Assembly (NCBI RefSeq): GCF_036588685.1
Contig: NC_086386.1
Span: 30,690,001-30,754,000 of the forward strand
Direction of reading: 5' to 3'
Length of the DNA: 64,000 nucleotides
DNA from: Mytilus trossulus
Lineage: Eukaryota
Made by a program: the position numbers and the translations under genes. The stretch's first letter is position 1. Every line of letters begins with the position of its first letter. The notes under the pieces were generated by a model. It had not been told where the DNA came from, made no database searches, and saw nothing but the letters and a program-made list of their open reading frames with translations. Of the stretch, positions 54,601 through 64,000 are shown piece after piece.

Positions 54601-55892
54601 GTATTTCCAGTGAAGCAACACTGACTGCAAACAGAAAGGGGAGTAAAGTACCAGTCTCCGACAGTGCAACCTTTTCTTATTTGTCTGCATTTGAGATACT
54701 CAATCTGAGAGAAGTTGCTACAAGACGGCTAAATGTTTGTATCCACTTAGTCGCTACTGAGACGTATAAGAGCAACGACTTTGAAAAGTTGTCTTTGAAG
54801 AAAGGTATTTTTAAAAATACAAAGATATATAAGATATTGCATGTAAGAATTAAATGGCTCATTTGAAAACGGAAAGATTGAATTTTATAAGCCTTATCGA
54901 TATATTTAGCACGAAAAGTAATTCAGAAAATGTTTTCAATGAAACGTTAAATCAGGGGATATTTCTGAAATAAGGATGGTGAGGTGCAAAGGAAAGAAGG
55001 TTTATATTGAATAACGTAAATCTATAAAGTTGTAGATAGAAAGAATGCTAAAATTAGTGCCAATATGCAAACATTTGTGGGTTTCGTATTACTTTTAGTC
55101 TAACGTTTTCTTAGTAGCCTTTTGTAGGTCTCGACTTGTCTTTTCATCAATTTCCTTTTTTTTTGCATTGTTCGACGTATGAGTTTTGATTGTCCATCGG
55201 TCTTATAATATTAATTCCCAAATTGTCCATTTGATATTTTCGGTTTGTATGCCCCGCCGTAGACGACGGGGACATTAAGTGCTACTTTTAGCTGTTCGTC
55301 CCTCCCATTTCCGATTGTTTGAAGCTTGGTGATTGCATTTGTGTCCTCAGACAAGTTCCTCTTTTATTCTTCCTTTAATCTTCTATTTTGTCAGATTACA
55401 AGAAAATCTGTCACTAAGCTAAATATAAAATAAAAAGCTGTTGTGTGGTTGAAAATGAGACGACTATCCACCAACACCAAATGATGTAGACGGGATGTTG
55501 ATGCAACTATATAGTTCATCGTAATGCCTTCAACAACGAGCTAAATCGTGATCATAAAGAATATTCCTTCATTAGTTTTTAGTGAAAGTAATAGAATAGG
55601 ACACAAAATATGTATCTCTTTTTTTCATAAATTTAAAACTGTATGATTCCGAAGTTAGAGATGACGTAACTATGACAGCCATATGTTGATGTCTAATGTA
55701 TTCTGCTTTTTATTTGATTTAGGAGAATCGATAGTTATGATGCAAACTCCAACAACAGATGGCCTGGCATTTGGATATAAGAAGATTCGACTTAACACTA
55801 AGAAGAAACACGGCCTTTTCCGTGTAAATTTAACCAAAATTGACTATTCTGTGAATCAGAATCTTGAAAATGTATTAAGAATTAAACAATAA
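48656..55892 (+). CDS. Divergent I-BAR (IMD) plus C-terminal SH3 domain protein, IRSp53/BAIAP2-like architecture, 625 aa
   Basis: Ten phase-consistent GT-AG exons: 48656-48708, 49530-49660, 50089-50200, 50684-50792, 51061-51216, 52599-52826, 53089-53566, 53865-54011, 54511-54804, 55723-55892 (1878 nt, open). The N-terminal helices align by eye to IMD; C-terminal VATETYKSNDFEKLSLKKGESIVMM..DGLAFGY..HGLFRVNLTKI is SH3-like. The gene model is solid; domain names are moderately confident. Confidence 0.75.
50338..50620 (-). mobile_element. Short HINE-like dispersed repeat (second copy about 55992-56262)
   Basis: TTTTTATGCCCC hairpin, (CCGT)n, shared core CTTCAGGTTAAAGTTTTTGG..., end CACATTCTTGTT. 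Confidence 0.7.
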
Positions 55893-56831
55893 AAACATGT
55901 TTTGTCTTAATTTTGACATATGGTGGTTATTCCGGGTTGATTCCAATATTATTTCATACAGAATCCCCTATCATATCAATATGCTTGGCCGTTTTTATGC
56001 CCCATTTATGGCCGTTATGTTTATTTGGTCTGTGGGTCCGTTTGTCAGTTCGTACCGCTTCAGGTTAAAGTTTTTGGTCGAGGTAGTTTTTGATTAAGTT
56101 GAAGTCCAATCAAATTGAAACTTAGTACATATGTTCCTTATGATTATGATCTTTCCTAATTTTAATGCCAATTTAGAGATTTTCCCCCATTTTCACGGTC
56201 CATTGAACATAGAAAATGATAGTGTGGGTGGGGACTCCCTGTACTATGAACACATTCTTGTTTGTATTCTGAAGTGCTATGAAATTGTCATGCAGGTCTC
56301 ACAATACTACTTTCATAGCTAAGGGTTCAAGGTCAACTGAACTCGACAAAATTTTCATGTATTCTTATATAAAACATATAAAATTTGACTTATTACATAA
56401 ATAGCAAATGAGGTACCGACCCCGTTACCGAAACTTGACACGAAAACCATGTGATCAAGGTAAGGGGAACATCGTCAACACACTTTGCTGCCTCTATGAT
56501 CCAAAGATAGACATTCTTTACTATCAGAATATGAGAAACTTACCTAATCGCAAAGAAGAATGTTTCAATCAACCAATTAACCAAGGAAAAATTATCGTAA
56601 TCTTGCAATAACTTCTAGACGGTCGAATAAAACATTACAACGAATCTATAGATCATATCTTGGAATTACAAGTGATTGAAAAAATAAAATTTATTGACAT
56701 GAAAAATAACAAATTGAATTTAGAGACTCAACTCGACTGACGATATATAAGGTCTGTTGATCATTATTTAGTTAAAATTGTTTGCTCACTAGTCTATATC
56801 TGCAATTATAGTTTCCGCCATTATATGTATC

Positions 56832-57876
56832 ACAATGAGCAGCTGCGCCATGAGCGCATGATACGCCCGACGTCTTGTGAAGAAGTCTTGTGCAATAATC
56901 ATAAATAGTTTCTGAGAAAGTTTTAAGCAATAAATATAAATTGTTTTATTTACAAAAAACTAAATATTACTAAAATAAAATTTTGAATCAAAACCAAAAA
57001 GTATACAGATCTTTAGATTATTATAACAAAGAAGTGTGTAAATTAAGTTTTAAGCAATAATCATAAATTATTTTTGAGATATGGTGCAACATGTAAAAAA
57101 AAAAAACTCCTCTGTTTTACAAAATACTAAATGACTCAAAATAAAATTTTAAATCATCACCAAAAAATATACAGATCTTTAGATTAATATGACAAAGAAG
57201 TGTGTACAGTTTTAAGCAATAATCATAAATCATTTTTGAGATACGGCACCTGTCATAAAACCCTCCCCCTTTTTTTTTACAAAATACTCAATAACTCAAA
57301 AATGAAATATTGAATCATTACCAAAAAGTATAAAGATATTGAGATTAATATAACTGAGAAGTGTTTAAAGTTTTAAGTCATAATCAAGAATAGTTTTTGA
57401 GATCAGTGCGACATGTGAAAAAAACACACCCCTGTTTTAGTTATAAAGTGCCATAACTCAAAAAGTTTAAATCTTATTTTTACCAAAAAGTATAGATCAT
57501 TTGACCATCATAAGAAACAACTACTGTAAACCAACTTAAATTTGGGAGGGACTTATTTTTGCGACTTTCACGATTAGAAAAATGACGCGAATTTAAATCG
57601 CGAATATGTATAACTTGGATCTTACCTTAACTAAACACCTCTAGTAAATTAAGAAAATAGCCAAATCAAATAGCTGCGAAGTTGACTAGATAGGCCTAAA
57701 CGGGAAATAAAGTATCCGCGAAAATAAATTGGTTTACATGATATTACGTTTCATGAAATTTGGATAAGTCGTTCTCAAGTTACGGTTCGACATGTTTACG
57801 CTGGACAGATGGATGGACACCAGATATTTGTATACCATAATACGTCACTTCAAAATTTTGACCGGCGTATTAAAAA
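56832..57876 (+). mobile_element. HINE-like element with internal tandem repeats and a nested TIR element (about 57523-57740)
   Basis: 5' hairpin TGCGCCATGAGCGCA, repeated AAGCAATAATCATAAAT...CAAAATACT units, GACA/GATG microsatellite, 3' hairpin; inner CTGTAAACCAA...TTGGTTTACA. Confidence 0.65.
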
Positions 57877-58549
57877 GGTACTGGCCCAGTAACAGTGGTC
57901 TTATCAATATCAACTAGGAGCTAAGACACGATTTGACTTATTGGTAGATTTTATTTTGCTGATAATTTAAGCTACATGTAGTTTCCCTCTATCTTCTATA
58001 GTTTCCACTATCATTGGTTATATCGTCATTCTACATCACTGAAAAACTTCTTCTATTATGTTTCTTATTAAGTTAATAAGTTTACCTGTTCTCTTCTATA
58101 TGTGATCTATTCAGTTGTGATACATACTAGTGCACCTAGGATTGACTAGCTTAATTGTATAAGCCACAAATAATAATGAAATTATATAGAAAAACAGTGA
58201 CATTGTTGACCTCTAGATCTCTTCTTTTTTTGTTTATTTTCAGAAGGGTTGTCTCTCTGAAGTAAATCCAATAATCGTTTAAATTCATATTAACATTGCT
58301 ACTGAGTTTTCTTTCACAACACAGCTACATGTAGAGGGCAATAGTATTTTATCTAGGCCTGCAGCTGCCACTTGCTTTCTGTGTGTGATGAATTGTATTT
58401 TGATAACATACTTGTACTTCAGTCAAATAAAATTGGGAGTTTTACCATAGTTGCAAACCGTAAAGCTATTAGAGAGGATGAAGTACGAAACCAAGCATTG
58501 GCCAATCAAAATCCAGAACTGTATTTTGCTAATTTGCTTTGCCATATTA

Positions 58550-59198
58550 AAACGATTACACAAACAAAACAAAAATAACAAAAGTACACACACTGTAATG
58601 TCTCGCCTGCTTTACTTGTTTGAATTCATGTAAAAAGTCTGTGAATTGAATAAGAGTTCACAGTCATATGAACGATACCAGACAGACAAGTAGCAAGTAA
58701 AATGAGAAAAAGACCAAACCACAATTACATATATACATAGCATTGTCATATGAACCATAAAATTGAGGTAAAGGTCAGATGAAACCCAACAGTTAGATAT
58801 GTACACCTTACAATCAAATTATCATTCCACAAACTAAATATAATTTGACCTATTGCTTAAATATGGTACATGGTAAACGATTACACAAACAAAACAAAAA
58901 TAACAAAAGTACACACACTGTAATGTCTCGCCTGCTTTACTTGTTTGAATTCATGTAAAAAGTCTGTGAATTGAATAAGAGTTCACAGTCATATGAACGA
59001 TACCAGACAGACAAGTAGCAAGTAAAATGAGAAAAAGACCAAACCACAATTACATATATACATAGCATTGTCATATGAACCATAAAATTGAGGTAAAGGT
59101 CAGATGAAACCCAACAGTTAGATATGTACACCTTACAATCAAATTATCATTCCACAAACTAAATATAATTTGACCTATTGCTTAAATATGGTACATGT
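58550..59198. repeat. Near-perfect 325-bp tandem duplication
   Basis: AAACGATTACACAAAC...AAATATGGTACATG occurs twice; identical ORFs at 58612 and 58937 are offset by 325. Confidence 0.95.
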
Positions 59199-59889
59199 AT
59201 CTGAGATATGGATTTTTGTACCATGTAACTAGTATAGATCTTACAAAGTCTAATAGAATTATTTTGCAAAAGGATAATGCCCATAACTGTGCTACGGGCT
59301 GTCTTTAACTTGCAATGAGGTAAGATATTTGTTTGCTCTGTGTACATGTTGTAGGCCTCACTTTGTCTTTGAAATGAAGATCAGCAATACAAAAAACTGT
59401 ACCTTTGCTCTCTGTGTATTTTTTGCTGTGCATGTACTGTTTTTGTACCCATATGCTTTGTTTATCTGTTACTATAGTCAAACAGGGAGAACATGTAGGT
59501 AGGTGTCTGAGATTTAAAAAAAAACAACAAAAAAAACACAGGGTCACAACTTGTCACTGTCAAGCTGGTGACCAAATAAGAAGTCAGTTCATTTTGTTAA
59601 ACTTTAGAAATGTGACACAGATATAATTGTTAGACAACTGGACTTATGGATGGAGGAATGGAAAATGCAATATTGACCCATACTTTAGAATTGGTTTAGA
59701 TATACTATAAAAAAGAGGAATTGTTTACATGCACTTGTACATGGAATGGAAACATCAAAGGGAGAATATGACTGCATCTAAAATTGTTATTATCTTTGAT
59801 GAGCCTTATGCATGTGAAGTCATAGACTAAGTAAGAGACATTGATAAGATTAGTAATATTGTTTATTTTTATTAACTATAAGTAGATCA

Positions 59890-61218
59890 TTAATACCAAT
59901 CCTTCCTTTTACCACCCATGGCTTTATCTCCAAAATATCTATGTTCTTTCTTATCTTGATTATATTCATACACATGTTCAGGAGTGAAAAATTCAGAATT
60001 GATATCCCAATTATCCAATTTATTCCTGGCATGTTTTTTCAGTTCAAGAAAATCCATCTCCCAGATATTGGATTTTGGTTCTTTATCTATTGCTATAGAA
60101 TCTTCATTTACTGATTCTATTTTTTTCTTCACAATGAATTCCCCATTGTCTTGTAAATTACAGTGTTCGAAATCTTCTTCTGTCTCAGGTAATCCAAATG
60201 GAAATGTAATGGGTGTAATTTTGATCATATGTGCCACTGATTTTAAGTCTTTGTTTACACTTGGTGTATTCTTCAGAACTACTTTCTTGTACAACTAAAA
60301 AATAAAACATGACATGAGGGTAATCTCAAAATATGGGTCACAACCTAAAAATAACAACAAACAGCATTATGGGTAATATAAATAACAGGTGTGATTTTGA
60401 TCATACATGTATCATTGTATATGTGCCACTGATTTTAAATCTTTGTTTAAACTTGGGTGTATTCTTTAGTTCTACTTTTTTGTAACTAAAAAATAAAACA
60501 TGACATGATATGTCAGAAGGCAATCTTAAAATAAGTGTCACAACCTAAAATAATTAAGGACTACAAAGAGCACTAGAATATAATTCTTCATTAAACCTAA
60601 ATAAAATATTGTTATTGGTTGAATACTTATTAATTTGGAAAATTGTAAGGATAATTCTTATTGGTTACAGTTCTGAAAATATCTTCTGAATCTTTTAAAT
60701 TATTAAGATGACCTTCTATTAGTTCAATGAATAATTTACAGATACCAAAATAAACAGACATACACATGAACCTATTTGATTATGTTTTGTATTTCATTAG
60801 AAAATACATTTTAGCAGAAAATATTTCAAGCCTGATAAGGACAAGACTCCTGACACTAAAAATTCAAAGATGACTTGAGGCTAATGAGCATCTACATAAT
60901 GTACATTAACTGAGTAGTGAAAGACCTTACTAAATGAACAGTCTTATTTAAAACGGATAATACCTTTGTATCTAGTCCATATTTTTCACATATTTCTTTC
61001 TCCCAGTAAGGTCTCCCAGATAAATCTTTCATTCTCTGTACCATGTGAAGCTTTGATACTTCTTGCTCTTTTTTCACTCTTTCTTCTCTTCCCATATGTC
61101 TCTCTACAATTGGTGTAGCCCATGAAAAGTCTTCATCAATTACAGACTGTTTGGGAATATTAACATGCCTGACTTGACTTACATTTAATCTTGGTAAACA
61201 CCTAAGCACGGCTGATAC
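59890..61218 (-). CDS. MRPL30: 39S mitochondrial ribosomal protein L30 (uL30m); start exon uncertain
   Basis: Exons 61218-60964 (VSAVLRCLPRL...KLHMVQRMKDLSGRPYWEKEICEKYGLDTK) and 60294-59890 (LYKKVVLKNTPSVNKDLKSVAHMIKITPITFPFGLP...NGEF...*). RPYWEK, KNxPSVN and PxGLP motifs are diagnostic. A candidate ATG exon at 63056-63042 (MTETS|gtatgt) is low confidence. Confidence 0.92.
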
Positions 61219-61899
61219 CTAAAAAAAATAAAATATATATAAGTTATTTTAATATTTTGGTAAGAATAAAATTCAAACTATCTGTAAGTTGTCATTATCA
61301 AACTATATAATGCCAATTTTCAAATCAATATCTATAATTGTCTAGACTATAAGCATAAAAAAAAGTGTGCAGAAAACTGATTATTCAGGTGAATTCCCCA
61401 AGTCCAAGGACCATAACCATAATAACTCTGCACAAAATCATCAGAGTGAGACCATAGCAAAATTCGTTCTAAGCAGTAAACCACATGTAGTTATTTTTAG
61501 TGAATTTTTCTTAATTCAAAGGTCATACATGTAACTCTAAAACTATTCCCAATGCACATTGTATTATATCAGTACATCAGAAGCGTAATTTTCACCCTCT
61601 CACACACATCTCTGGTACCCAGACCGGAGTTTATACTAGAATGGGTACTTTGGGGGCCTTGGTTGGTCAAAGATGTCCCCTACTTTGACCTGGAGATCAA
61701 TCTTCTGCTATCTCTCTGGTTTGTCTGTTTCCACCGAGTGGCCCGTTGGTTTTCTCCAAGTACTTCAGCTTCCTCCACCATAATAACTGACTTCCCGGTG
61801 TCCTACACGCTCCCTTGGGCGGTGTTGGGTGGGGATTGTTCTGGTGGTGGGATAATATTGTTAAGGACACATCTCCATTAATCCTTAGGGAGTGTACAT

Positions 61900-62118
61900 G
61901 GTGGGTCTCATTTGGGTCTAAGCGTGACCTGGGATTGCCGATTTTTTGTAAGCATGACATGTGAAAGTCAAATTATTGTGCCGTGAAAACGGGAAATAGG
62001 GTCTTGCGGGACCCGGGGAAATGACAATAAAATGAGAATTGCTTACGTACATAGTGTAAGCGGGATACAGGAATCTGACAAAACAGTAACCGGGATCCTG
62101 ACCCCCAATGAGACCCCC
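61900..62118. mobile_element. Small TIR element
   Basis: GGGTCTCATTTGGG ... CCCAATGAGACCC inverted ends, flanked on both sides by TACAT. Confidence 0.55.
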
Positions 62119-63217
62119 TACATCGATTCGCTGTACCCTTGCAGTCAATCAAGGGGTGCGTCTAAATTGGCGAAATCTCGAGTACATACATACATTGCTA
62201 GTCTATATGATGCTAAGCCAAATATTCGGATACTCTCGAGTACATACATACATTGCTAGTCTATATGATGCTAAGCCAAAAATTCGGATACAAGTCATTT
62301 CGGCATCCGTACTAGAAAGGTCAAATCGGCACCTCAGTTGAGTTTAATATCGTAGCAGCTACCTATCAATATCTATGTAGCAACTAGTCTATATCTACAC
62401 GTTCAATAGTCAAAATCTAAGTAGCACTACGTAGTTGCTACGATATTGAACGCGGCCCTGTTAAAAAAAATATCGGACCTCACAGATAAATTTTATTTTC
62501 TCCTTCACCTACAATGTGTCAATGGCTAATTTCAAAGATACAAAAACTGCCTTTAAAAATATAACATTGTCCGAATGGCCAAAGTTTAAAAACTTGTTGA
62601 TGGGCCATGATTCTACTGTGCTATATTATTGTATCGTAGCAAAAAACATACTTTTGTGAAATTTGACATGTTTCGGCTCTACCGGAAACTTGTGTTGCTA
62701 CTGTAATTACAAAACATTCAGGAACAAGTTCGATTATCCGTAATGTGGATTGAGTCAACAGCTAGGACAAAGTGACATGAAGATTTGTCAACAAACATGA
62801 CAAAGTTGATACGATAAAAAGGACCAAGATATGGTTTAAGCATGAATAGACCAATTTTAAACAGATTAATTGCAACAACTTCCCAAGTCTGTAGGCTTTC
62901 TAGCAGGTAAAGATTAGATTTCAAACATGATTGTTAAAGACCTCTATAGACTATAGTCAGGGACTTTATACAAAAAAAATGTATACTATAGAAAGTACTG
63001 TCCCTGCTATAGTATACAAATCCTTGGATCAAAGCACATACACTTGTTTCCGTCATTTTCCATTGTCATTGGTGGTCGACTTGTATTAATTATAGATGGA
63101 TATCATAATTCCACCACAGCCACCAATGGCTTCAGAACAAATTTTAAAAGTGCCTTTGCTTAAACTAACCTTAGAATTTGACACAATGCAGTAGTGGATA
63201 TCCACTCATGCTAGACT

Positions 63218-63732
63218 CGGGCAGCCCTCGTGTACAATGAATACCAAGACGTATCTCCAGGTTGTGTCAGCTCCTTAATCATGTTAATGGAGAGACTAAA
63301 ATGGGAGCCTCTAAAAGATCGCCGTGGCAAAGACCGACTCGCCATGGCATACAAGATCCGCAATAGATTGGTGGATATTGACCCCTCTAATTATTACAAA
63401 CCCAGAGATTCAAGGACCAGAGGAGGCCACCGCGCATACACCAACAGCGCACTCTAAAAGACCAATACAGGTACTCTTTCATCCCAAGATCAACCAGGGA
63501 ATGGAACACTCTTTCGGAAAAAGCCACAACAGCAGCTACACTAGAAGAGTTCAAGGCCAGCCTTACCATCCTGCCAGAGGCCTTGGCAGGAGCTTCACAC
63601 ACCTAGAACTCCTTAGACCCCAGATGTACATAGTTTTATTTGTAAATAATTTTCCTGTAAATAGTTTTTATTAAGTGAGGAGGGAATGCCTCATTATTTC
63701 ACGAGCAAGAGTCATTTTTACACTCAAGAAGA
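63218..63732 (+). mobile_element. 5'-truncated CR1-group LINE 3' end
   Basis: LKWEPLKDRR..RLAMAYKIRNRLVDID...SRTRG then, after a frameshift, YRYSFIPRSTREWNTL; AAGAAGA-type end. Confidence 0.8.
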
Positions 63733-64000
63733 GCCCTTAATTCACTGTTTGCCAGTCTTAACAAAATGAATGGAAATTCAATCAATGACAATACATAATT
63801 TTCATTTTGGTGTACAAGTAATGAGAATACCCATAATCTTCTAGATTCTGAAAAGGTGAATTTAATATATTGTCAAACTACAGTAAAAAAGACATTAAGT
63901 ATTAAACTGGTGTTATTTCAAAAGTCATATACCAATTGAGAGAACACAAATCCTGGTTACAAATTTGAAAGCTACATGAAAGGGAAACACAAAAGGAAAA

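Noticed and set aside
61552-62341. Cluster of overlapping short ORFs
   Set aside because: Explained by a SINE-like fragment, a TIR element and a 57-bp tandem duplication (about 62176-62290).

Overview
AT-rich, repeat-dense eukaryotic genomic DNA; the dispersed repeats and gene content suggest a bivalve, probably Mytilus (inference). Splicing exons by hand gives five protein-coding genes. (1) RNF121 (-), whose 3' end lies beyond the left edge and which has a U12-type (minor spliceosome) donor. (2) A Mieap/SPATA18 C-terminal-domain protein (-) with a Cys/Trp plus polybasic N-terminal motif; its start exon was not found. (3) A type-I membrane receptor (-): signal peptide, uromodulin/GP2-type D8C(D10C) domain, mucin-like stalk, TM and a tyrosine-motif-rich tail, with an apparent 1-bp frameshift in exon 1. 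(4) Head-to-head with gene 3, a 625-aa highly divergent I-BAR(IMD)...SH3 protein with IRSp53/BAIAP2-like architecture (+). (5) MRPL30 (-). Introns and intergenic DNA hold non-autonomous TEs (Helentron/HINE-like elements with internal tandem arrays, nested MITEs with visible TSDs, a tRNA-headed Deu/Nin-type SINE, LINE and Penelope-like remnants), local tandem duplications and an 18-bp minisatellite. The best candidate for an undescribed system is the divergently transcribed receptor / I-BAR-SH3 pair.
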